Shown here one piece after another: positions 1 to 12,309 of a stretch of DNA of 64,000 nucleotides (within the stretch, counting starts at the first letter, position 1; each line of letters starts with the position of its first letter). The notes beneath the pieces were generated by a model. The model saw only the letters and a list, made by a program, of their open reading frames with translations. It made no database searches and had not been told where the DNA came from. The stretch covers positions 18,848,001 through 18,912,000 of the forward strand of contig OZ210885.1 of the NCBI GenBank assembly GCA_964658305.1, in the 5' to 3' direction. This DNA comes from Leptogorgia sarmentosa (taxonomy: Eukaryota). Position numbers and translations under genes: made by a program.

Positions 1-1080
1 GTATCTGCTGCGGGTGATGTATCATGGATGGAAAGTCGCCGCCGCTGGTACCTGTAGTTGCAGATGTCAAGGTTTCTGAGATTCGCTTCTTTGTAGCTTC
101 GTCCGTCTTGCTATAACTTCGGATGGAACTCTCGGAACGGTGGCCACAGACCGACATAATGTGGCGTGCCTCGAAACCTGATTTATCTAGGATTGTGACC
201 GCGGTCGCCCGTATCGAATGGTTTGTGTACTGCTGTGATAAACCTGCCTGCTTGGATATGTTTTTCATCATGTCGCCTAGGTATCTTTCGCCGACGACCA
301 TGTTGTCATACCAAACATCAGAATCTGCCGTCGTCTTTTTCTTTGGACGTTGAAACAAGAATTCATTCTTTGGGTTTAAATGCTGTAGATATTTCTCAAA
401 AGACGCAACAGGACAGAATTGGCCTTCGGTTGCATACATCATCCCTCCTTGTTCGGCTTCGTCGTTTTCTCTGTGGTTTTTGGTTAACTCGTCAACAACT
501 TTCGTCACAAACTTTTTCCCCGATGCATCGACCATAACAGAAAAGTGCGACTTCTTTAACTGGCGTAAGTTTTGATGTCCACGACGGCAAAAGCACAACA
601 TGATTTCGAAAAACACTTTGTTCAAAAGGGTTTCGGGCTATCAGTGTTGAACACAGCACTTTCATAAAGCTTTTTAAGGTCTTCATTGGCTATCGGAGGC
701 TTGTGTTGCACTTTTGCTAGTCCTTCTTTCTTCAGTTGAACACATTTGGCCGAGTAAACTTCGTTCGCTTCGTTGAATCCTTCATCATTAATAATATCAA
801 AGCCTGTCACCGTTTTCAAATATCTTTTCAAACCGAATCGGATTGTTCTAAGGCTTCCCATACTGTAAGACGAACCATCCTTTTTTCGCGCTTCGACATA
901 AAATTTCTTAAGAACTTGAGCAAGTTCCCTTTTTTCGGTCGGTTCTGCTATTCCTTTTTCATTCAGATATTTGTAAAATACTTCCTTGGCAACTTTATAC
1001 GTTCTTTTCGTGTTATCTACGTCTTTGTCTTCGAATAATTTTTGTATTTCGTCTTCTGAAAAGTTTGAAAATCTCTCCAT
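1..1080 (-). pseudogene. Crypton-like tyrosine recombinase (DUF3504/KCTD1-like), frameshifted, runs off the window start
   Basis: ORF 622..1092 (MERFSNFSEDEIQ...LKKFYVEARKKDG) continues after a frameshift near 625 into MLCFCRRG and then YTNHSIRATAVT...SGHRSESSIRSY, the YR R...HxxR...H...Y pattern. Confidence 0.8.
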
Positions 1081-1434
1081 TTCAGTGCTCAAAATTTTGC
1101 TTTGCTGGTTTCCCGTAGTTACACTTAGTTACACTTTGTTTTTCTTAGTGTTTTTCTTTGTATTGTTTATATTAAATAGATACCGCTTGCTAATCACCGC
1201 AGGCTCATTTTGCACATAATTAGTTTTATTATATACATACCGTAATATTCACCTCGGCAAATGACGAGATAAAACTCATCTACGACGCATTGCGTGATTG
1301 AGACGATGTTCCTCACATGTGAAAAAAATCGTCCGACCAATCAGAGATCGCAGACGATTTTTCTCACATGTGAAAAAACAGTATCGAATTTTCCTGACTA
1401 CCGGCGAACGCTTCGTTCGCTCAATCGCTCCGAA

Positions 1435-2769
1435 ATGGCTTCCCGCTTTGCAGACCTTGACATTTCTGTCGACGAATTCGTCGAACAACAAGAAAATGAA
1501 AACACAAAGAGAAAAACGGAACAAAACCTATCATTATTAAATCAGTTTCTTAGTAGCAAGAATGAAACCAGAAGCATTGAGGACATTCCTTCTGTGGAAT
1601 TAAACCTTTACCTGAGCGAGTTTATTATTAAGGTTCGTACAAAACAAAATAAGGATTACGAACGAAATTCTTTGCACGGTATGGTAGCCGGCTTCGAAAG
1701 ACATTTAAAAAAGAAAAACTATGGTTTAAGTATCATGAAAGATCTACAGTTTGAACAGACTCGAAAAGCTTTGGTTTCAAAACAAAAAGATTTAAAGCGA
1801 TAGGGAAAAGGAAATAAGCCGAATGCTTCGTCTGCTCTCAGCGAAGACGACATAGCTGTTTTGTATGAAAAAGACTTGCTGGGCACATCCAGTCCCGAGG
1901 CTTTACTGAACACTCTTTGGTTCAACAATACAATACACTTTGGATTACGTGGCTGTAAAGAGCATCGCGATATGAATTGCGGCGACGTGAAATTACATAA
2001 AACGGCCAGTGGCGACGAATATTTGGAATACAACGAAAGGCAAACAAAAACACGCTCGGGGGAAAACACCAGAGATGTGCGAAAAGTGACTCCAAAAATG
2101 TTTTCCGTACCAGGAAATGCAAGAGATCCTATTGCTGCGTATAAACTCTTTGCAGAAAAACGTCCGGCAGAAATGAACAGCGACGATAGCCCATTTTATC
2201 TTGCTGTAAACAGCTTGAAGAAGCCTGAATCCGTTTCATGTAAAGCGTGGTTCAAAAAAGCTCCAGCCGGGGTTAATAAACTAAATTCGATAATGAAGAA
2301 CATGTCTGCGAAAGCTGGACTTACTACCAAATTTACCAACCACAGCGGAAGGAAAACAATGATGCAGGCCTTGGTAAACCAAAACTTTCTGCCAACAGAC
2401 ATTATTCAACTTTCGGGCCACAAGAACCTGCAGAGCGTTACTCATTATTCCACTGTCAACGAGTCACAGCAAATGGAAATGTCGAGAACTCTCAGTTCAG
2501 TTGCCACTGGAAACCTGAGTCATTTGTTTAATTTCACCAGTGGAAACTCGGGGGTTCCTGCTCACTCATTGCCAAACAGTCAGAAAGCGACAAGCGTACA
2601 CAAAGTCGAAGAACAACATGCTATGCCGGACGCAACGATAAGTGGAGGGAGTATAAATATATCAATAAACACTCTCAAGCAGTCTCCAACACTATCTATA
2701 ACAAATGTAGATAGCCCACCAAAAACATATAAACGCTTAAAACTTTTGAGCGATTCTGAGTCAGATTGA
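1435..2769 (+). pseudogene. Crypton-like tyrosine recombinase (ZMYM/QRICH1 DUF3504-like), one in-frame stop
   Basis: ORFs 1294..1803 and 1861..2769 are in the same frame, separated by TAG at 1801. Motifs FGLRG, TNHSGRKT, GHKNLQSVTHY. Confidence 0.85.
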
Positions 2770-3106
2770 ACTACACTTTTTTGAAACGTTTTATACAATT
2801 TTAGCCATCGGTATGGGTGGCGACAACTTGTCTATAGTTATGTATTGTTATGTTTTGTGTTGTCAAAATGGCTTTCTTTTAGCTATAATTAGATCTTTGC
2901 TGTAAACAATGATTGTTAATTTGTTAGCAAGATTGTTTTCATTGTTTTATGTTAAAAAACTAATAAATTTTGTAAATAAATTTGACTTGTTCCTGGACCA
3001 TTCAAATCCGGATTGAAATCGACATGACCTTGTTATCAATTCAGGCCACCGTTAGAAAGTCCATTTCGTCGATTTATCACAGTTCATTATATATATAATA
3101 AACAAA

Positions 3107-3234
3107 TTACTTCATGGTTCTCTCGTTTGTACGATGTTTATTCACTCGTTGTGAAAGATTAAACTCACTCGTTCGTTAATATTCTTTCACAACTCGTGAA
3201 TAAAAATCGTACACACTCGTCAACCATGAAGTAA
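3107..3234. repeat. Imperfect hairpin, probable end of the second Crypton-like element
   Basis: ttacttcatggtt...gtacgatgtttattcactcgttgtgaaaga pairs with tctttcacaactcgtgaataaaaatcgtac...aaccatgaagtaa. Confidence 0.6.
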
Positions 3235-4750
3235 TCTCTATATCTGCTAGCAAATAACTCAGCACACTCAGTTATCTGCTAGCAGATAACTGGATTTCCT
3301 GTAGGTTGCGTGATTGCGCGATTTAACTGTACGCTCTTAGCCAATCAGATTGCTTTTACCATCTACAATGTATAATAATTATATATATATAGTAAATTTT
3401 ACCAAGTTTCTACAGCAAACATGTATGTATATTTTGTGTCGTTTGTAAATAGTGAACTAACTACCTGTTCATTTATGTTTTTTTGTTCTAATATGCATTT
3501 TAATGAAGATCGATGGGTTGTCATTTATCCAAAAGTACACAAAGGTGAAAAATGTATTGCCAGAAAAATAAAAGAAGAACCAACATACAGTAAGTTGTAT
3601 GAAACAGCAAAAGTATTTTTATTTTATCCTACCTTTACACAGATGTTTGGAACTCAGATATTTTTCAGTGTTGTTTGATATAAATGATCTCTGTAAAGCC
3701 TATCCAACTTGATGAAGTAGCTGTTTTGATTGTTAAAATTAGAATATATTGAGGCAATCCAGCCTGAAAGTGTTCAACTGAGAAGTGTTCACCTTGTGAA
3801 GCGACAATCTGACTTTTTGCGTTTTGGAGACCATGTCGTAAAGCACTGCTTTTCTTTAGTTGATTGATTTTCTAAAATTCCTCACCGTTTCCGCAGACGT
3901 CATGCTGCAAAATCGGTGAATTATTCGTTTGAATAATGCTGATGTAATTTCATCTTCAAAAATAACATTATCCACCATGCAATCGGTTGTTGTCTCTATA
4001 AATTATTTTAAATTTCAAAAAATGGTAATAAGTGTTTATTTAACAGTATATCAACACAGGAAACACTTCAATATAGGTTTTGTAATATCGCACTGTCGAA
4101 AAGTGTAAAATATGAGAAATGTCTGAGGGGCGTGGCAGAGGGGGGGGGCAGGTTTTCATATATTCATGTTCACAGACTGTAAAAACAATCACTTTCAACA
4201 GAAATGAATTATGCAGAACATGAATTTGTGAATGTCTGCCCCCAATTCTTGACTTTCCAACGCCCCTGGTGGAAAAGTATGATGCATAATGGACCACTTG
4301 CATAATAAATTTCGGGCTGCTAAGCATGACAGTAGGAGGCTGTAGGTTGCTTTCGAACGAAATGGCTGGCGTTGGAGTGGGTGATTTTGTTTGGAGGTTC
4401 CACATGCCGGATTTTCGACTATTTTTTGCACCAATTGGCATGGTTTTTGCGGTGCAACAGAACAACAGCGCTTTTCGCTACACTCTGGAGAAATTTGAGG
4501 ATGTTTTGTCCATTAATGGCCGAGAAAATTTGTTGAGAGTGACACGTCCTGTAAACATATTCTGCAGAAATGTGCTCGCGAAAACCTGACCTTCCCACAA
4601 ATTCTGGCTTCAAATGTAGCAAGAAAATACAAAAACGAAAGATTTTTCTGTGTTTACTGCTGTTGTTTGCCCTCTAGCTGAAGTGCAATTTGGTTCGCGT
4701 CCTCCATTGTTAATTTTTTGAATAAATAGTAAGTTCTAGAATAATTTTAG

Positions 4751-7700
4751 GTAAATTAATTTTCAATTATGCCAGCGCCGCAAAGCAATTATACGAGCAC
4801 TCGAAGGGAGAGATGTATGGAATACTTACGGTATGACATAGTCCAACTGAGCGAAGGAGGCACAAATAAAAAGCACTGAGATGATAAAAAACTCCAGTGG
4901 GCAGAGCAGTTTTGTAGTAAACCTAGGATAGACTCACTCTCCAAGTTTGCCATTATGTGAACGTTTCCGGAACACCGTATGATGGAACTTGACGCCTTCC
5001 GGAAAATACTTCATACAACTTGTATCCAGAGATGCCATGATAGAAACTCTCTCCGGACACGTAAGTGCCATTAGCATACATAGCTTCTGCGAAAGTTGCC
5101 TGTCCGACAAATCAGAATTCTCATGTAAACCGACTAAGTAGTCTGTTACGGTCTGCACATTCCAGGTATGCTGATAACGTGGCTGGGGAGGTCGAGATAT
5201 AGAGACCCCTTTCATGAGCCTGACAACCAATGGATGTTGACCAACAGGTTTATTGTCCACATGAACATGCGCTGACGAAATAGCAGATCGCAAGACATTG
5301 ATTGTTCGGTACTCTTTTCCGTTAGAAAACTGCTCTGCCAAGAATGTTTAGACCTCTGAGACTGGACCACATACGGGACCACTGAAACCAGGAACAGTTG
5401 TAAGTCTTGGTGGTTGAGGTCTTAACACTGTTGCTGAGCAGGTCAACAGCTGTTGCTGAAAGGCCTGCTGTTTCGAATTGTCTCCTGATATTTGCCACAC
5501 GGCCAGTTTGAGGGATGGGAATAGTGGATGAATGGCTCCTGGGTGGGAGACATCCTTCAGGAGACGTGGATTGTTCCCCAGAAATATTGGGAAGTCCACC
5601 AGTAGGTCTATCAACAATGGCCACCATGGTTGGGCCGAACACAGAGGGGCAACCCGTACTAAGGTTGCCTTCTCTGCCTTGGTTTTGTGAAGAATCGCTG
5701 GAATCATGTTGAATGGGGGAAATGCATACACGATCAAATGTGTCCACTCCATTGTGAACGCGTCTGTTGAGAAGCAAAGTACTTCATAGTATAATTAATT
5801 ATGTTAAGTTATGTTAATTCTGGCCGAGCAAAAGGACTAAGTATAGAGCGTGCTCGAAGCTCAAAGGGAAAATAATAAACTGTAAAAAAGCAAGGTTTTT
5901 ATATGTGTTTTCGGAAACGTTTGAATGGTCGAATTAAGTTGTGATTGGCCCTAGCGATGGGGATATAGTCAACAGCATCTATGTGGATCGCTTCCGGATC
6001 TGGTCGCCAGCTGACATATTTGTCCAGCTGGTGAGTCAAACGAGAAGCAAACAGATCTATTTTGCATCCTTTGATAAGGGGTTTGATGACCATCGAGTCG
6101 ATTTTCCAGTTGTTTTGGTCCCTCATTACACAAGATTCCTCGTCGGCGACAACATTGTTTTTCCCATTGTTTTCCCACATTGTTGAGCAAGAAGATAGAG
6201 ATGCTTGACCTCGCACCATTTCCATATCTCCAGTGCTAGATGGAGCAGCTGAGGAGAGTGAGTTCCTCTCTTGTGGTTCAGATACAATACTGCAGTCGAG
6301 TTGTCTATCTTCAAACAAATCACTTTGTTCTTGTGATCTTTCATAAATGATTTTAGAGCAAAGAACGCCGCCCTCAGCTTGAGGACGTTTATGTGCTCCT
6401 TGGACTCCTGGACGTTCCACCGTCCTCCTGTTCTCAATTTTCCCCAGGAGGCTCCCCAACCTATTTTTGAGGCATCCGAATTGTTGTTGCTCTGTTGGAA
6501 TGTATTTGTCGAGTGGGCTTAAATCTAAAACTGGGCGTTGTCCACTGCCTTTTTTAGCAACTAAAAACATTCTGCGGTAAAACGCTTGAGCACTGTAATG
6601 TACACGCTTTATTGCGCTGTTGTGTTAAATTCTTTTGCAAGTTGCGTACAATATCAGCACTATCAGCTGCAATTTTGGTAATATCGCTACCAAACAACTG
6701 CTTGCCTGCGTTTGGAAAAGCTGCTTCTGCGAGCGAAATCTTTGCAGGATTGATAGCATATAAAATCTTTGATCTGTGTAACACAGACAAGGAATGTGCC
6801 GCATTCCCAAGCAAACACATGGCCCTTTCGACTAGGTTTAGCATTTCCTCTTGTGATAATTGTTGCTTGTGCTCTAGCATATCATGCAGGGCTGTCAATG
6901 GTGCCGCCACATTTAAAACATGCCTCTGAACTTTGATCAGTTCTTTATCCCGGTTTTCAACGGATTTTTTATAACTTTTTGGAGAAAACTTCCAACTCTG
7001 GAAGAGGAGTATCCTCTAAAATACTAAAAATCTGCGAAGACGAAAGGCTGGTCATGGGTGAGCGATTTGCTCGTTAGGTTGCCAACTTTGTGGCTAGTAT
7101 TGGGGTCCAGGATTTCTGGACAGCAGCTTTCGACCTCCGGGTCCGGCGGGACAAAGCTGGTCGGAAAAATCAGTGGACTCTGGGCCACAAGTGCCTTGTC
7201 ATCGTTCATAGTGTCTTTGACTCGATCTGATTCAAGCGATATCATATGGTCGTTCAGCCGTTCTATTGCCGAACTCAAGGTGAACATTTTGTCCAAGAGC
7301 TGTGTAAGAACTGGGGAGTTGTTTCCCCCATGGTTTGGCTGTGAAATTGATCGCTTATGCTTCTTGGAACGTTCATGTCGATGCTGTGATTTGGCAGGCG
7401 ATTTTGAAGCGTCTCTGCTCCTCGAGCGTGAACATTTCCTGCTAGAACTCATCCTAGACCAACCGAACAGGTTGGGAAAATACAAATTTCACAGAAAAGA
7501 ACATGAAAGTACAGAAATTTAGGCAAAAAGGGACTTACCTTCGAAAATAGCTGTAGCTCCTTTGCACATTTGGAAAAAGTCGAAGCTCGTTCTCGGGGTG
7601 ATGACTTATATGGTATTCGCTGCCTTATATGGGGTGGCCTTCCTGCGCATTTCTTTTTTATCACCCGAGTGCTTTTTATTTGTGGCTCCTTCGCTCGGTT

Positions 7701-7760
7701 GGACTATGTCATACCGTAAGTATTCCATACATTTCAACCGAAGAGTGTGAAGTATAATTT
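4751..7760 (-). mobile_element. Internally deleted DIRS1-type YR retrotransposon (outer limits approximate)
   Basis: Inverted repeats at 4813-4891 and 7654-7732. Fragments of gag (6554..7485), RT/RNase H (5899..6570; HINVLKL, DNST), methyltransferase-like domain (YAFPPF, QPWWPLL; 5348..5752) and YR N-terminus (RSAISSAH, HPLV; 4934..5341). Confidence 0.85.
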
Positions 7761-7992
7761 AGCTGTATTCAAACAATAAACTTTTAAGGTCTGTTTGAAG
7801 TCACTTTAGACTTTGTATATAAATTTTAGATAGGATATAAAAATACTAAGTTATAGATAGTAAATTAAATTTCATTGGGTATATATTCAATTGTAATTAA
7901 TAACATATAATCATATTTTTTAAATTGTACAGTTTAGGTCAGTTATAATAATACTTAAAATATAGTTAAAATAATATATATATATATATATA

Positions 7993-8302
7993 TGGAGGCT
8001 GAACCTAGCACTTCACTTGTGGCGAATAGCAATGAAATTAAAACATTACAAAGGTGGACAAAAGATTTAATTGCCTACCGGCATTTAGCTATGAGTTAAT
8101 ATTGAAGCATTTGGGGACTGAACAATCTGGTGGTGCTCACAAACACAAAAAGTTTGGATATCAGCTGTTTAAGGATAAATATGTTGTTCAAGTTGAAGTT
8201 AAAGCAAATGTGGTTAAAGATAAAATCTCATGTTTCCTGATTAAAGCTGGTATGAATGCTGCCATGAAAAATATATTTCTCTTCTTGGCAGCAAAATCCT
8301 AG
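7993..8302 (+). pseudogene. Fragment of a transposon-associated ORF (possibly the region upstream of a SWIM/YqaJ-type domain)
   Basis: Short ORF ...KKFGYQLFKDKYVVQVEVKA...CFLIKAGMNAAMK. Truncated, weak resemblance only. Confidence 0.3.
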
Positions 8303-10702
8303 ATTAGAAATTTCCTGCGAAAATTATTTTATTATAACTAAGAGAACAAGCACTGATGTGAAAAATTAAATTATATACTTTTTAAAAAGTAGCCACTGCA
8401 CTCAACAGGCACATTAATGGCACTATGATGCTAACATAATTGAAATGACCCTTTTTTATTTTTAGTGTTCCGGAAAATTATTTAGTTGAAAATTTGTTTT
8501 TCCGAGTTTCGGACCTTCGGTAATCACTGATCATGCAGTCATCACTACTGTGATGCAGACACAGTCATCGCTCATCAGTGTTCTGTAACTATGTACTTAT
8601 TCATGTACTTCTATATACCATGCCCATACTGGTAGATTATAAATATAGATAGACACTGGTAAGGGTATATTTATTGTATAAATATCAAGGGTATATATAT
8701 ATATATATATTTATATAAATAAATCATAAATGAAGTCATTCAGGTCATCAGTATGGCTTTGTAACAATCAGAAATAGTTCAGCATTCTGTGTACAACCTC
8801 ACAATTGTCAGATACGCCCACTGTGGCAAATTACGGTGGCCCAGAGGTACAATGCATCAAATACAAGTAGAAATACACAAAATACAAATACACAAAACAC
8901 AAATAAAAATAAACAAAACACAAATAAAAATACACAAACACAAGTAGAAGTACACAAGTAGAAATACACGAAAACAAGAAGAAATCGACAAACACAGTAA
9001 AGCAGTAAAAGCACACACGATGACACAAACCACTACATGAACACGCAAAACAATCGGAACTCCATACGAACATATACGAGCACACGTGTTCGTCTGTTCG
9101 TAAGTTGTATTCTTCGCAAGTTGTATTCTTATTTCATCTTTGGTGCAGAAAATATCGAGGTAAGCTATATTATTAAAATATTAATCATTACAACTGCCTG
9201 TTTGGCTCAATGTCTTTCAACCCAAACATACAGTCCGACCTCAAAGAGGAGGTGCGAGATTTATTCAGGACTTTGATGTGGCATTTTGAATAATAATGTA
9301 TGTTTATTAATATGGTAATCATGCTAAAAACATGAATTTTACTGTCTTGTTTTCTTGTGGGCGGCATCTCAACGCAAAAGGGGCTTTAACATTTTTATAT
9401 CTGAAATCTAAAATCAAAACTTTTACGATGGTCATAGCGCACAAGCGGCCAAGTTAAAAAAACCTAGAGATTTAATATATAACCTCGCGAGTAATGCACA
9501 TTCATTATAATAAATACAATAAAACATTAACGGAGTACAGTAGACGTCCATAGTTTTTGTCATTAAAGTCATCAATGTGTACCAATACTTGTGTATAAGA
9601 ATATTATCATGAGGTGAAAGATGGAATGTTTTATATGTACTACCTCGTTACATTCAGGTCATTTAATTGGTTAATTATGGTCACGTGATATTTCCAAAGT
9701 TCTTTTTCAAAGAGTGAAATAGTAAGAGTAATATTGCACTCTATGTTTTCAACATGCTTTTTGCATAGAGATCACAGCTTATTTACATCGTTTATTGTTA
9801 TTGTTTTTTAATGAACTGTCCTTGAAGGGCAATGGCCAATTTTGGTATAATTATATATACAGGGGGTGGACAAAAAAAGTGGCCCTCAGAACAATTCGGT
9901 TTATAAGAGGCAAGCTCCACAACCTTGCAGATTTAAAGAGGATTTAACCCTTTCTCTCCCAATGTAGCCATATGGCAACATCAAGTTTTATTAGGTATAG
10001 CTTACATGAAGTTCTAGTGTGGGCAATAATCAGGCTGACGAAGAAGACCTCTGTTGCGGGTGGAATATATTATTTACCGAAATTCCGCTGAACTTTGATT
10101 TTGCGGCAGCAAAAAGCAAAATCCATCATGGCGTCTTTCGTAGTCGAGACTAACGGCTAAATTAAGAATTGCGCACTTGCCGGACGCCATCTTGAATTAT
10201 GCGCAATGACCTGGGTACTATAAACTATGATGTCATATTTCCTTTCATAGTGATGTCATCATATCAAGCATGCGCATAATTCAATTTCTCACACACTGCT
10301 GGGAGCTGCTGCAGCCATCCGCCGCAAGCTTGACATTTATTAGCCAACATGGCCAACCATAATACAAAGATTACAAGCAAAACACAACAATATCCTGATA
10401 CCGGGTGGACAAAAACGCTACGCCTTACTAACTACTACGTACCTACACAACATGCTAGGGTGGGCGGGTGGGACACGTCAAGCAATGGCGGAAGCAACAA
10501 CAAAATGTGCTTCCCCAACCCGCACAGCCCGATCATAAACATCGGGCTGGCCCCCAGGAGTGTGTGAGAAAACATTTTCTGCTTCTTTCGTTCCTCAGCC
10601 AGCAGAAAATTACACTTCTCACACACTGCTGGGAGCTGCTGCAGCCATCCGCCGCAACAAACAACGATAGAGCACACTAGACAGAGTCTCATAGGTCTGT
10701 TC

Positions 10703-11703
10703 TTAAGATTGCATTGTCTTAGTAACTAGCAGAAGTGAATCCACAGATTCCTCGATATAGTTATTTTTAGCGCTAGCCGTCCTCCAGCCACCCTGTCTTT
10801 GGAGCAGTCGATCTGGGATACCAAGGGCAGCTGCGGTAGATGCACCACCAGAACGCAAGCTATGGAGTCCGTATTTCTTGGAGTCCAGGCCTTCCTTCTT
10901 CAGCTCGTTCTTGAATAACTCATTCGCCCTTGAATATGACATTAACTCAGCCCTGAGTTTTTTACCATTCTTGGTACTCTGTATACGGCGCCAGATCGGA
11001 AGCATGGCATCATGGTCGCCCTTCTCCAAGAACTTCTCAACGATTTTCACAGGACATGTGGCTTCGTCTGACCTCGCGATAAGGATATGCGATCCAGCCC
11101 GAAACTGATCATTCTTTCTCTTTTCCAAAAAGATGGAAACGTGAGTGGGAGAGAATACCAAACTGCTGGGTGTGATACGGCTTAGGTCATCCCACCGGAG
11201 GAAACCGTAAAAACCGAGGGCCACCATTGCGGCCACTTGAAGATCTGCAAGAGTGCCCCCTTCAAGACGCCTCAATATGTTCTGGACTTGGGCCACTGTC
11301 AGGGGCTCTTTGCGAGACTTTGGCTTCGCCAAGATCCTTCTTGCAGCTTCAACTACTTGGCGCACAACTGAGTGCTCGCTAGGGTGCGATTGCCCGTTCT
11401 TCTTGTGTACCCAATCTATGCCATATATGGCGGAATTAACTGATGACACTGATTTCTCCTGTTGTATTAAAGATACTACGTAAAGGGCTAACCCCACATC
11501 ACTGGCAGGTAGGGGACACACACCCCGTGAAGATGCCCATCGTTTCCATGCCTTGTAAGCATTAACATATGTAGTCACTGTCCCTGGAGCTCTATCCTGG
11601 AGCAATATACTCGGGAGAGATTGTGCTAGGTTTTTTAGCTCCGGGTCATGGAATTGGTCCAAGTCTAACCACTGGTTGACATCAATGTCGCCATGACGAC
11701 GCA
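10703..11703 (-). CDS. Ngaro tyrosine recombinase
   Basis: GFLRWDD, KRKNDQFR, GLHSLRSGGA, GGWRT...NNY. No ATG at the start; preceded by the acceptor-like ttatttcttag. Confidence 0.9.
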
Positions 11704-12309
11704 CTAAGAAAATAATGAAAAAAGACTATGTAATAACTGCTTGCCTCTTGCCATGACGGCCGATGGTATAGCCATAACAGCTGCGTTGTCAAAAAAAATT
11801 CCCTGTCATAACCACTTCGGGAAAACAGTACACCACAACAATATATATTCAAACAAGCAATACAGTTAAGATTGAATGTATTTCAAATCATGGTATCACC
11901 GTGTGATTGGATCTGAAGATTGTTCAAGCCAATTAGAATAATTAACAAGGCTGCATGCCCTAACAGCTGCATTCAGATGGTGCAAGTACTGTTGTGCTTA
12001 ACTGTGCGCCACAACAGGCTCAGTCATCCACTGGAATACAATTGCTAAGACAGCTGTACTCTTACGTGTTCGCATGCAAACACTGCGAGTTCATTGCCCA
12101 AAATAATAAGTTAAGTACACATGCCATAACAGCTGTACTTAGTACACACATGCAAACTTGTGCCCCAGCCAAAACGGCCAACACGTGAAAGCTATACACT
12201 GCCATAACAGCGGAATCTCCGGCAGAACGTTCAATCCAACTATTCAGGCCAACGGCCAACACATGGAAGCTATATGCACTGCCATAACATCGGATCTCCC
12301 GAAAAAAGT

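Noticed and set aside
1..2769. Host KCTD1/ZMYM/QRICH1 genes, or a prokaryotic Xer pair
   Set aside because: The genes are intronless and disrupted, retain YR catalytic residues and lack BTB or MYM domains.
3700..4710. Possible decayed gene on the minus strand, with a small cagggg-type insert at ~4125-4268
   Set aside because: No recognisable motif and no TSD; too degraded to call.
8808..9085. Hydrophobic Cys/Val/Phe-rich ORFs (also 28461-28986, 54680-54964, 60236-60525)
   Set aside because: They are translations of low-complexity TIR repeats.
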